Shown here: one piece after another, positions 40,814 through 50,345 of the stretch
How the letters are laid out: each line of letters starts with the position of its first letter
Numbering within the stretch: position 1 is the stretch's first letter
Source of the DNA: an uncultured Spirochaetota bacterium
GTDB lineage: Bacteria; Spirochaetota; UBA4802; UBA5550
NCBI GenBank assembly: GCA_963827275.1
Contig: CAWHAA010000004.1
Coordinates: forward strand, 480,001 to 544,000
Length of the DNA stretch: 64,000 nucleotides
Direction of reading: 5' to 3'
Translations under genes and position numbers: made by a program
Notes under the pieces: model-generated
Seen by the model: the letters and a program-made list of their open reading frames with translations, nothing else
Told to the model about the DNA's origin: nothing
The model's database searches: none

Positions 40814-42738
40814 AGGCCTTTCCTTCGTGGCGGTTCAGATGTAGGCCAGAGTCTGTTTGAATTCAGTATTTTCTGATTAATGTAAATATCCATGAGCCTT
40901 TTTCGCAGACGCTTCATCACTGCGGGCTTCCCTCTCCCGGCAAGATTGTGCTCCTCCCGGGGATCGGTCGTGAGGTTAAAGAGATATTCTTTGCCGGTTT
41001 CGGAATGATGAATGTATTTCAATGGATATTCCACAATGCCAAGGAACAGGCCATTATACGGTTGTATCAAGTATACCGGTCCTGTTTTTACGCCAGGTGA
41101 CACCAAAGATTGCCCGAGAAAATGCGTTTTCACGCCTGATATGCCCGCAATGTCGAGTATGGTGGGTGCGATATCGAGCTGGGAATAGGCCTCGTTGAGG
41201 ATGCGTGGCCCAATTCTGCTGTTCCATAGTATCAGCAGGGGGGTCCGGAAGACCTCATCGTAGAACCCGACTTCATTGTGCGAGATTCCATGTTCATTAA
41301 TTGGAAAACTGTGATCGCCGGTGATAATTACAGCTGTGTTGGCGTGTTGCGGTCGTTTGGCTATTCCTTTCAACAGGTCTCGAAGACCCTGATCGGATAA
41401 ATGGATGGAATTGGCGTAGCGCTGATCGATCGTAGTGGGGTCAGAGTAAATCAAACACTTATCTTTCGGTACGTAATCGAACCACATATGGTTCGATGTC
41501 GTTGCCAGGAGAGCGAAGACCGGCCTGCCGCCGTTCCGCTGCCTGATGCGTTCCATCTGGCGGAGGCATAGTTTATAGAAGAGGCCGTCCTCGGGGCCCC
41601 AGCCCCATACCTGCGGGGCGTCCGCATCAGTCAAAAATTCGTAGGCGGAATGGATATGCCGGAAGCCGGCCTTTTTCATAAAGGCCCTGGTGTTATCGAA
41701 ATCGAGCTCGCGGGCGGCCTGCATGAACAGTGTGTCATATCCGGCATCGTGCAGTAGCTCCGGGAGCGCCCTGAAGGAAAGCTCGGGGAATGACGTGAAG
41801 ATTTTTCCGCGAATGCTCGGTAGCACGGACAGCAAGACCGCGGCCTGTCCCTTGCATGTCTGGACGGAATTGCCGTAGAAGCGCTCGACGTAGAGGCCGC
41901 GGGGGATGAGTGAATTGAATACCGGCGTTATCTCCTTTCCCTCCGGGGACTTCTTCCTGACTACATTGGCGTTATATGATTCAACCATTACCAGGACAAT
42001 ATCCGGCCTGGATGATCCCCTCGGAAGGGCCGGCGACGCGTTGAATGTTGTCAGGTACGGGTATCCGCTAACGCTGATGCCGGCCATGGGGTCCTGGAAG
42101 GGATAGCGGAGGATTCCCCGCAGGAGGCCGGTGAATTCATCATGGGTCTTGACCGGCAGCAGCAGTATCACCGCATAGAGCAGAGCGGCCACGACTGTTT
42201 TTTTCGCCGCATGCGGGTATTCTGGCGGGGATACCAGAATTTTTTTCCGCCAGTGAAGCATGAGCAGGAGTACGAGAGATATCCCGATTATGATGAAGAA
42301 CCAACGGGGAAAAATTCCGATGATGGTGTACCAGGATTCCTTGTAAAAGCCGAGGGTGAAATTATCGATAATGATGGAACAGTTGAGCGGGATGTGTGTT
42401 ATGAGATAGTAGGTGTGTATCATTGTAAACAGCGTTAAAAAGAGCATGTTGATGACAAGCCGTACCGCCCGCACCCTGCTGGCCGCAAGGTTGATAAGCT
42501 GGACCGCGACAGTGGCCGTGAATATGCTGTAACAGATATACAGTGCCGATGTTATGGAGAGATCGAAAGGCCGTATGCCGTAACGCCGCTGGAATCCGTA
42601 TAAAAAAAATATCATGAGGATGACTGTCAGGGTATTCATGCAGCCAAGATCCAGGGGGAGCCACTCACGTACCAGCTCGCGATATCTGCGGGCTCTCTTT
42701 GTGATTATGTCTAACGTGGTGGTATCGCTCCTTGTCAT
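40801..42738 (-). CDS. LTA synthase / sulfatase family membrane protein
   Basis: About 5 TM helices, IVLVMVES, TTSNH, IITGDH, SQLDIAPTI, FNLTTDPRE. Confidence 0.88.
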   Translation of the reverse strand: MTRSDTTTLDIITKRARRYRELVREWLPLDLGCMNTLTVILMIFFLYGFQRRYGIRPFDLSITSALYICYSIFTATVAVQLINLAASRVRAVRLVINMLFLTLFTMIHTYYLITHIPLNCSIIIDNFTLGFYKESWYTIIGIFPRWFFIIIGISLVLLLMLHWRKKILVSPPEYPHAAKKTVVAALLYAVILLLPVKTHDEFTGLLRGILRYPFQDPMAGISVSGYPYLTTFNASPALPRGSSRPDIVLVMVESYNANVVRKKSPEGKEITPVFNSLIPRGLYVERFYGNSVQTCKGQAAVLLSVLPSIRGKIFTSFPELSFRALPELLHDAGYDTLFMQAARELDFDNTRAFMKKAGFRHIHSAYEFLTDADAPQVWGWGPEDGLFYKLCLRQMERIRQRNGGRPVFALLATTSNHMWFDYVPKDKCLIYSDPTTIDQRYANSIHLSDQGLRDLLKGIAKRPQHANTAVIITGDHSFPINEHGISHNEVGFYDEVFRTPLLILWNSRIGPRILNEAYSQLDIAPTILDIAGISGVKTHFLGQSLVSPGVKTGPVYLIQPYNGLFLGIVEYPLKYIHHSETGKEYLFNLTTDPREEHNLAGRGKPAVMKRLRKRLMDIYINQKILNSNRLWPTSEPPRRKGLGSE

Positions 42739-42899
42739 GCGTATAAGTTAACATGGAATCATTGTGTCCTGTCAATAGTTTATCATGGATGCCGGTGGTT
42801 CCCGCGGGCTTAAAATTATCATTGACGGATAATGGGATGTTTTAAGATGATCATTGAGTGATGGACGTGATCCGCAAAATCCGCTGTTTGAGAGGGCTT

Positions 42900-45086
42900 A
42901 TGAAACGATTGATTTCTGCTGCTCTTCCGACCCTCCTGCTTGTTCTCTTTTTTGCGATTTTATCTGCGAATCCTGCGAGTGCCGGGCCGGTCACGCTGGA
43001 TCCATCTATCGATCAGTATGTTTTTACAAAACAGGTTGAATATATCGAAGACCCGGACAGGACACTGACCATTGAAGATGTATCGCAGGCGACAGGGCAG
43101 TGGACCCGTCAAACAGAAAACGCGTTTAACTTCGGATTTACAAAATCGGCATACTGGTTTAAATTTTCGGTGAAGAACCCCCTGGATTCCGCCATCAGCT
43201 GGTTCCTTGAAATAAATTATCCGATGCTGGATTCGATAAAGCTCTACATCCCCCTCGAGAAAGGCGGCTTTACCCTGAAGGAAACCGGCGACCACCTGCC
43301 TTTTTCACACCGGGATGTCGCTGATAAAAATTTCATATTCCTGCTCAACGAGGAACCGGGCACCCATACGTATTACATGCACGTCGATACTACCAGTTCT
43401 GCAAATTTTTCCATGATCATGTGGTCCACGAAAGGGGACCGCAACCGGCTTACCGCCGAGCTGCCCGTCATATGGATCTATTACGGCCTTATGATGATCA
43501 TGGTCTTTTATAACCTGTTTATCTTTTTTTCTGTCCGGGATATCAGTTATGTGTTTTACGTGCTCTTTATCTCGTCGTGGATACTTATGCAGCTGACCCT
43601 GAATGGTTTCGCGTTTCAGTATCTCTGGCCGAACTGGATCTGGTGGGCCAACAACTGTCTTCCATTTTTTACTTCAAACATCAATCTCTGGTCCGCTTTT
43701 TACCTGCGTTCGTACCTGCAGACCAGGGATAATCATAAAATAATCGATAAAATAGCGCTCTATGGCATCGCGCTTCCCTCTGCTGCGATGATTCTCATAT
43801 CACTCGTCGCGCCGTACCGTATAGCAATGATGGCGGCCACGATGTCATCTCTGGTCATAACTATCTTTTATTTTACTGTGGGGACCATACTGGTGCTGCG
43901 AAAAAACCGTGCCGCGCGGTTTTATCTGATAGGTTTTTTGGCGTTAATGATCGGCATCGTAGCATTTACCCTGAAGACCTTCGGGGTGGTGCCTTCTGTC
44001 TTTATCACCAACTGGGGCATGCAGATCGGATCGGCGGCCATGGTCTTCTTCCTGTCTCTGGGATTGGCCGACAGGATCAGCTCCATGCGTAAAAACCTGG
44101 AGGTGCTCTTCAAGGAGCAGCAGGAAAATGAAAGGCTGGCGCTCGAACGGGCGAAGTTCCTCGAGGGTGTTGTGCGTACGGCGAACTCCATTTCCGATGA
44201 ATTCACGAGGATGAGCCGGGAGCTGGACTCGGTTAGCGGGACCCTTGCCATGCTTTCTTCCGAGCAGGCGTCAAGCAGCGAGGAATTCTCGGCAACCTTC
44301 GAGGAGCTGACGGCGGCGACGGAGCATATCCATAAATCATCGGTCCGGCAGAAGGATGAGGGCGACAAGTCCAGGCACATGATTGATGAATTGAGCGGCG
44401 CCCAGAAAAACATGGTTGACGAGAGCATGAAGGTCGCGGAGAGCGTCAGCGAGATTTCGAAGTCCGCCACCAGCACCGAGGCGAGCCTCAAGCGGATGAA
44501 TGAAAAGATGACGATGATCAACGCCGGGGGCAATGAAATCAGCGAATTCGTCACGATCATCGATGACATCTCCGACAGGATCAACCTCCTCAGCCTGAAC
44601 GCGGCGATAGAGGCGGCCCGTGCCGGCGAATACGGGCGGGGGTTTGCGGTGGTCGCGGACGAGATCGGGAAGCTCGCCCAGGCGACGTCCGATAACTCAA
44701 AGCAGATCGCGGAGAAGATCAGGAAGATCATCGGGGACATCGAAGAGGGTGCCACAATAGTCGGCAGCACGAAGCAATCGACCGATGTCATTTTCAGCAT
44801 GCTCGGCGATATCCAGCAGCGTATCGACCAGGTCAAAAAAATCATGGAGGTTCAGTCAAGGGGAGTGCATATGGTTGTCAAGCAGACCGCCGTCACCGAC
44901 GAGGTGTCCCGCGGTATTGCGGCCGCAACGACCGAGCAGATGACCTCAATGAACCAGTCCCTCAAGACGATTGAACGGCTTTCAGAAATGGCGGTTGAAG
45001 TGTCCAGGGTGAACGACAGGATAATACAGATGACCAGGACGATTATGCAGAAATCGGACGAGCTTTCTCGCGTTGTAAACGCATAA
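42900..45086 (+). CDS. 7TM-DISM methyl-accepting chemotaxis protein
   Basis: 7TMR-DISMED2 ([11 protein letters not shown]), 7 TM helices, MCP core [29 protein letters not shown]. Confidence 0.93.
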   Translation: MKRLISAALPTLLLVLFFAILSANPASAGPVTLDPSIDQYVFTKQVEYIEDPDRTLTIEDVSQATGQWTRQTENAFNFGFTKSAYWFKFSVKNPLDSAISWFLEINYPMLDSIKLYIPLEKGGFTLKETGDHLPFSHRDVADKNFIFLLNEEPGTHTYYMHVDTTSSANFSMIMWSTKGDRNRLTAELPVIWIYYGLMMIMVFYNLFIFFSVRDISYVFYVLFISSWILMQLTLNGFAFQYLWPNWIWWANNCLPFFTSNINLWSAFYLRSYLQTRDNHKIIDKIALYGIALPSAAMILISLVAPYRIAMMAATMSSLVITIFYFTVGTILVLRKNRAARFYLIGFLALMIGIVAFTLKTFGVVPSVFITNWGMQIGSAAMVFFLSLGLADRISSMRKNLEVLFKEQQENERLALERAKFLEGVVRTANSISDEFTRMSRELDSVSGTLAMLSSEQASSSEEFSATFEELTAATEHIHKSSVRQKDEGDKSRHMIDELSGAQKNMVDESMKVAESVSEISKSATSTEASLKRMNEKMTMINAGGNEISEFVTIIDDISDRINLLSLNAAIEAARAGEYGRGFAVVADEIGKLAQATSDNSKQIAEKIRKIIGDIEEGATIVGSTKQSTDVIFSMLGDIQQRIDQVKKIMEVQSRGVHMVVKQTAVTDEVSRGIAAATTEQMTSMNQSLKTIERLSEMAVEVSRVNDRIIQMTRTIMQKSDELSRVVNA

Positions 45087-45147
45087 CGAAATCCGCTCCT
45101 CCCGGCGCCGGGGTTCGGATCGATGTCAGCAGTATGCTCCGCGGTTG

Positions 45148-45531
45148 CTATTTATGGCATCCGGCGCACTGCGCCTGCTTCGGCGCCGCTGCAGCGGTCA
45201 GGTGACATTCGCCATAGCATTTCTTGTGCACGAGCTTTTCCGCCCCGGGCCCGAAGTGGCATCCCTGGTTGGAGCACTTGTCGTTGATTTTTCCTTTATG
45301 ATGGCAGGTCTTGCAGGCCTTCCCCTGTGACGCGGCCTTTTTTTTATGCGCGGAATGGTCGAATGCCACGGCCTTCTGCTGCGGGGCGGCGGATAGTTTT
45401 GTAATTACAAGGGGGGCGTTAGTTGTTACGGCCTGCTGCTCCGGTTCCTTCGGGGCCTCCTCCTTCTTGCAGGCGACCGTGAGGGCAATACACGCGGTGA
45501 TGACGAAAAAAATCGGAACATACTTTTTCAT
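45148..45531 (-). CDS. tetraheme cytochrome c3-like lipoprotein
   Basis: Lipobox LTVA-C; FDHSAH; CKTCHH, CSNQGCH, CYGECH, CAGCH. Confidence 0.85.
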   Translation of the reverse strand: MKKYVPIFFVITACIALTVACKKEEAPKEPEQQAVTTNAPLVITKLSAAPQQKAVAFDHSAHKKKAASQGKACKTCHHKGKINDKCSNQGCHFGPGAEKLVHKKCYGECHLTAAAAPKQAQCAGCHK

Positions 45532-45657
45532 GGTCCTTCTCCTGGCGGCGCTTATATTGTAAACAATCATGCAGCCGTTTATTGATAAAAAGCAAGAGTT
45601 TTTTCGATCGGGCCGGATAGCGTGTGATCGTCTGTCGTGTGCGCGCGGCGGGTCCTT

Positions 45658-46821
45658 CTATCTCACCGGCAGGGTGAGACGCGCCTTCCATTCGTCCAGG
45701 ACCGGCCGGGCAATGCCGTCCTGGTCATAGAAGCCGGTGTCCCGCCAGGCCTTGAGGATGTCTTCCGGGGACCCCAGGCCCCCCGGGACCGGAGTGGACC
45801 AGAGCACGTCATAGTCGCGTACGAGAAAATTTACCACGAAGAGCAGGTCGTGCTCCTGCGCCTCGTCCAGGAGGAGGTTGAAATAATAGCGCTGTTTCTC
45901 CGCTGTTCCGGCGAGAGTAATGTCGGGCTCGTAGGCGGTCATGGTGAGCTCCTCCGCCGGAAAGCTTGTCTCGGTGATGCACGCCGGTTTGGCGCTCAGG
46001 GCGAATATCCTGTCAAACATGTCCGCCGGCAGTGTCCCGCCGGAGACCTCGGCAAAAAATGGGTGGAGCGAAATGGCGTAGTAATCGGTGTAATCGATGA
46101 TATCGGACAGGGCGTTCATCTGCTCCGTGTGGTCCGCGCCAGAGTAACCCTCAACGAGGTCAATCCCGGTAAGGGTGACGAAGATGGGGAGGGACGGGTA
46201 TTCGGCTTTGAGAGTGGCATAGACATCCTGCTGGAGACTGACGTACGCGTTCCAATCATCCGCTCCCATTTTTTCCATGACCAGGTTCACCTCGACGCCT
46301 ACCGCGATGTAATCGGGATTGAAATATTCGATAACGCGTCTGCAGTAATTGAGATACGCGGTTTTTACCTCAGCATTGTCGAAGGCGTATCCGCTCCAGG
46401 GAGCGGTGAGGGGCTGGTTGTCGCCGGTGGCATTCCAGATCGGCGCGAGCCCGTCGCGCATGCTGTTGATGGGGGTGATGGCGACGTAGAGCTTATGGCC
46501 GGCCGGCGTGCGGCTTTTGCGGATATCCCAGTCATCCATGATTTTCGTCGTGTAGGGATATGTATCAGTCAGGGCGTCGTCCCATGGAATGCCGTTGTCA
46601 AAGTGGTGGGCCATCAGGTCCGCGTCGGTCCGGATCTTGCTGTACACGTACTCAATTTTATCCATGCCCGATATATCATAGGGGAAGGGCGTCAGGCCCA
46701 TGTAGTAGCTCCGGGACGCGAGGAGGAAGGGCAGGGCCCCTGAATCACCGGCGCCTGTTTTGCCGGCACATGATAGTGAGAAAAATATCCCGCAAAGAAT
46801 AACGATGCATGATTTGCGCAT
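45658..46821 (-). CDS. lipoprotein, putative TIM-barrel glycoside hydrolase
   Basis: Lipobox SLS-C; PDYIAVGVEVN and KPACITETSF clan-A-like acid/base and nucleophile patterns. Confidence 0.65.
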   Translation of the reverse strand: MRKSCIVILCGIFFSLSCAGKTGAGDSGALPFLLASRSYYMGLTPFPYDISGMDKIEYVYSKIRTDADLMAHHFDNGIPWDDALTDTYPYTTKIMDDWDIRKSRTPAGHKLYVAITPINSMRDGLAPIWNATGDNQPLTAPWSGYAFDNAEVKTAYLNYCRRVIEYFNPDYIAVGVEVNLVMEKMGADDWNAYVSLQQDVYATLKAEYPSLPIFVTLTGIDLVEGYSGADHTEQMNALSDIIDYTDYYAISLHPFFAEVSGGTLPADMFDRIFALSAKPACITETSFPAEELTMTAYEPDITLAGTAEKQRYYFNLLLDEAQEHDLLFVVNFLVRDYDVLWSTPVPGGLGSPEDILKAWRDTGFYDQDGIARPVLDEWKARLTLPVR

Positions 46822-47102
46822 ACCGGCATCTCCCTTGATAATCCTGATAATAATACAGGAAATTTTATGTCAGGGCAAATATTTTTTGTCAAAATACCTC
46901 TTTTGCTCAGGTAATTCGCAGATTGACGTGGGCCGGGGTGCTTTTTTAAAAATACAATGCCCCCGTAACCGGATCCTGATCGGACATAAGGTGCCAGCGG
47001 GAAGTCGCATGGCGACATTCAGGTCTGAAAATTTCTTATTGAAAAAAATAGGGCATTTTATAAGGTGTGCCCTAACTTTAAAAAGGGCACAAACAAGAAA
47101 AC

Positions 47103-47327
47103 ATGACCAAAACAGCGGTAAAGCATTCTGTTAAGATAAATTATGAAATGTGCAAGGGGTGCGGCCTCTGCATCGCCTATTGCACGAAAAAAGTCCTCAG
47201 AGAGTCGGAGCACCTGAACAAGTCGGGCTATCATTATGCCGAGCCGGACGATGCGGCCCAGTGCTCCGGGTGCATGATCTGCACGATGGTCTGCCCGGAG
47301 GTCGTGATAGAGGTATATGATGAGTAA
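47103..47327 (+). CDS. 2-oxoacid:ferredoxin oxidoreductase delta (2x[4Fe-4S] ferredoxin) subunit
   Basis: CKGCGLC...C and CSGCMIC..VCP. Confidence 0.9.
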   Translation: MTKTAVKHSVKINYEMCKGCGLCIAYCTKKVLRESEHLNKSGYHYAEPDDAAQCSGCMICTMVCPEVVIEVYDE

Positions 47328-48387
47328 AGTATTCATGAGCGGGAACCACACCTTCGCCGAGTCCGCCATCCGGGCCGGCTGCAGGTGCTATTTCGGCTAT
47401 CCCATTACCCCGCAGAACGAGCTTGGCGAGTACATGGCCGACCACATGCGGAAGGCCGGCGGCGTGTTCATCCAATCCGAAAGCGAGACCGCGGCCATCA
47501 ACATGGTGATCGGCGCGGCGGCGACCGGGACCAGGGCAATGACCTCCTCCTCGAGCCCGGGCATCAGCCTGAAGCAGGAGGGCATCTCCTTCCTCGCCGG
47601 GTTTGAGCTCCCCGCGGTCATCGTGAACGTGATGCGCGGCGGCCCGGGACTGGGCAACATCGCGCCGGCCCAGGGCGACTACTTCCAGGCGACCCGCGGC
47701 GGCGGGCACGGCGACTACCGGACGCCGGTGTTCGCGCCGGCCTCGGTGCAGGAGATCGCCGACCTCACGCTGCATGCCTTCAACGTCGCTGACAAATATC
47801 GCACGCCGGTCATGCTCCTTTCCGACGGCATGATGGGCCAGATGAAGGAGCCGGTCGTGTTCCCCGAGCCGGTCAAAGAACTGCCGGCAAAGGAGTGGGC
47901 GCTGAAAGGAAGGGGCGAGGGCCCCAGCCGGTACCTCTGCTCCCTCATCCTTGACGCGCTGGAGATGGAGCGCCACAACTGGAAGCTGGTGCGCAAGTAT
48001 AACGAGATCGAAAAGAATGAAGTGAAGTTCGAAGAATACATGATCGATGACGCCGAAATTGTCGTCATAGCGTACGGCACCACCGCGCGCATCGCCAAGG
48101 GCGCGATCAAGCGGGTGCGCAAGGACGGCGTCCGCGCGGGTATGATACGGCCCATCTCCCTCTGGCCCTTTCCCAAGAAGGTGCTGAACGATCTTGCGGG
48201 CCGGATCAGGCAGTTCATCGTGTTCGAGATGAGCACCGGCCAGATGCTGGAGGATGTCCAGATCGCCCTCGAGGGAAAGGCGGACATCACGTTCCACGGC
48301 CGGCCCGGGGGCACGGTGCCCACACCGGTTGAGTTCGCGCGGATAATATACCGTGAATACCAGAAAACAGCGAAGAAAGAAAAATGA
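47320..48387 (+). CDS. vorB: 2-oxoacid:ferredoxin oxidoreductase alpha subunit (VorB-like)
   Basis: YFGYPITPQ, TSSSSPGISLKQEG, MRGGPGLG, EMSTGQM. Confidence 0.88.
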   Translation: MSKVFMSGNHTFAESAIRAGCRCYFGYPITPQNELGEYMADHMRKAGGVFIQSESETAAINMVIGAAATGTRAMTSSSSPGISLKQEGISFLAGFELPAVIVNVMRGGPGLGNIAPAQGDYFQATRGGGHGDYRTPVFAPASVQEIADLTLHAFNVADKYRTPVMLLSDGMMGQMKEPVVFPEPVKELPAKEWALKGRGEGPSRYLCSLILDALEMERHNWKLVRKYNEIEKNEVKFEEYMIDDAEIVVIAYGTTARIAKGAIKRVRKDGVRAGMIRPISLWPFPKKVLNDLAGRIRQFIVFEMSTGQMLEDVQIALEGKADITFHGRPGGTVPTPVEFARIIYREYQKTAKKEK

Positions 48388-49136
48388 AACTGAAAAACGC
48401 ATGGCCCCGGTATTATAAAAAGGACGTGGTCACCCACTACTGCCCCGGGTGCGGCCACGGCATCGTGCACCGCATCGTCGCCGAGGTGCTGGAGGAGATG
48501 GACCTTGGCAAGCGCGCCATCTGCGTGAACCCTGCCGGGTGCGCGGTGCTCGCTTATCTCTATTTTGATTTCGACGTGATCGAATCCGCCCACGGCCGGG
48601 GCACGGCCATCGCCACCGGCGTCAAGCGCTCGCGGCCCGACCTGTTCGTGTTCACCTACCAGGGCGACGGGGACCTCTCCGCCATCGGCACCGCCGAGAC
48701 CATACACTCTGCCAACCGGGGCGAGAACATCTGCGTTATTTTCATCAACAACGCGGTGTACGGCATGACCGGCGGGCAGCTCGCCCCCACCTCGCTCATC
48801 AATATGAAGACGACCACCACGCCCGCGGGGCGTGACCCGAAATATGACGGCTATCCCCTTCACATAACTGACGTTGTGGCGCAGTTCCCCGGCGTTGTCT
48901 ACGCCGAACGGGTGGCCGTGGACGGCCCTGCCGGCATCAGGAAGACGAAGAAAGCGATCGCCAACGCCTTTCAAACGCAGGTTGACGGGCTCGGGTATTC
49001 GATCATCGAAGTCCTGTCACCCTGCCCGACGAACTGGAAGCTTTCCCCGGTGGATTCCTTCAAGTGGATCACCGAGGTGATGGCGAAGGAATATCCTACG
49101 GGCGTGCTGACCGACAAGAGGAGCAAGAAGGAATAA
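48384..49136 (+). CDS. 2-oxoacid:ferredoxin oxidoreductase beta (TPP-binding) subunit
   Basis: YCPGCGHG, QGDGD, NNAVYGMTGGQ, SPCPTNW. Confidence 0.92.
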   Translation: MKLKNAWPRYYKKDVVTHYCPGCGHGIVHRIVAEVLEEMDLGKRAICVNPAGCAVLAYLYFDFDVIESAHGRGTAIATGVKRSRPDLFVFTYQGDGDLSAIGTAETIHSANRGENICVIFINNAVYGMTGGQLAPTSLINMKTTTTPAGRDPKYDGYPLHITDVVAQFPGVVYAERVAVDGPAGIRKTKKAIANAFQTQVDGLGYSIIEVLSPCPTNWKLSPVDSFKWITEVMAKEYPTGVLTDKRSKKE

Positions 49137-49137
49137 T

Positions 49138-49677
49138 ATGCTGGTAAGAATATTAGCGGCCGGTTCCGGGGGGCAGGGGGTCCTGACCATCGGCAATACC
49201 CTCGGTAACGCGGCGATGATGGATGACTACTTCGTGACCTACCTCCCATCGTACGGCGCGGCCATGCGGGGCGGAACGGCCAACTGCACGCTCTGCATTT
49301 CGGACGAGGAGGTGGCGTCGCCCGTTGCGTCTGCGCCGGACATCCTCGTGGCAATGAACCAGCCGTCTCTCATGGCCTTCATCACCAGGCTCGAGGCGGG
49401 CGGCCAGCTCCTCTATAACGCTGATCTTGTCGATTTTGTGCCCGAGCGGGGCGACATTGACATGTTCGCGGCGCCGGTGAACCGCCTGGGCCGCGAGCTG
49501 GGGAGCGAGCGTTCGGCCAACATGGTCATGCTCGGGGCCCTGGTAAAGATGACGGATATAATCAAGATCGATACGATATTCAAGAGCGTCGAGATGATGA
49601 TGGGGTCTAAAAAGAAGCTTGCCGAATCGAGCATCCATGCTATAAAGGCCGGATACGACGGGTTTCCGTTTAAATGA
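49138..49677 (+). CDS. 2-oxoacid:ferredoxin oxidoreductase gamma subunit
   Basis: AGSGGQGV, PSYGAAMRGGTA, NMVMLGA. Confidence 0.92.
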   Translation: MLVRILAAGSGGQGVLTIGNTLGNAAMMDDYFVTYLPSYGAAMRGGTANCTLCISDEEVASPVASAPDILVAMNQPSLMAFITRLEAGGQLLYNADLVDFVPERGDIDMFAAPVNRLGRELGSERSANMVMLGALVKMTDIIKIDTIFKSVEMMMGSKKKLAESSIHAIKAGYDGFPFK

Positions 49678-49715
49678 CCTCCGGCGATTAAAGCATTATT
49701 AAAAGGATACACACC

Positions 49716-50144
49716 ATGTCAATAACCCAGGTCTCAATCGCGGTTGACAACGCACCCGGCAGCCTCTACCGGGCGAGCTCGATCCTCGAGAAAGAGCAGA
49801 TAAACATTAAGGCCATCATGGCGGCCACTGATCTGAGCCCCGTGCAGGTGCATATGGTCGTTGACGATCCGGACAGGGCGGTGAAAGTGCTGGAGATGAA
49901 CCGTTTCACGGTTACCACCAAAGAGGTCATCGCCGTGGCCGCTCCCGATCATCCCGGCGGGCTCAACGCCATCCTCAGGCCGCTCATCGAGGCGAAGGTC
50001 AACATCGACGCCATGTATCCCTTTATCTATCTCAAGGGCGATGAGGCGGTCCTGATCCTTGATGTTGATAAGATAAAGGAAGCCAGGGAGGTGCTGAAAA
50101 AGCACTGGGTGAAGACTTACGGCGGCGAGATATACAAGTCATAG
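49716..50144 (+). CDS. tandem ACT-domain protein
   Basis: QVSIAVDNAPGSL and DHPGGL repeated ACT motifs. Confidence 0.88.
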   Translation: MSITQVSIAVDNAPGSLYRASSILEKEQINIKAIMAATDLSPVQVHMVVDDPDRAVKVLEMNRFTVTTKEVIAVAAPDHPGGLNAILRPLIEAKVNIDAMYPFIYLKGDEAVLILDVDKIKEAREVLKKHWVKTYGGEIYKS

Positions 50145-50153
50145 GGCGGGTTG

Positions 50154-50296
50154 CCGATAGTTATCGGTACTGTTTAAGTATTAATTTACTCTGACCCTGC
50201 GACGTCACACATTAATTCCGATAGTTATCGGTAATAAAGTTACTCTGACCCCGCAATCACATGCAAGAATCCCGATAGTTATCGGTAAAAAGGCAG
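50154..50296. repeat. B-A-B-A-B motif array
   Basis: B at 50154, 50218, 50272; A at 50186, 50240. Confidence 0.92.
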
Positions 50297-50345
50297 AAAA
50301 CGCTGGTTCTATCTTCCCGGTCTGTCCCGCTCCACCGACCGCAAT

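Noticed and set aside
45637..46743. Long antisense ORFs (also 3665-4789, 47197-48402, 47715-48974, 60035-61240)
   Set aside because: They are shadows of well-supported genes on the opposite strand in GC-rich DNA and carry no motifs.
50154..50296. Repeat-spacer clusters (also 28614-28692 and 40723-40813) as CRISPR arrays
   Set aside because: Repeats are only 13-15 bp, two motifs alternate, spacers are short and irregular, and no cas genes are in the window.
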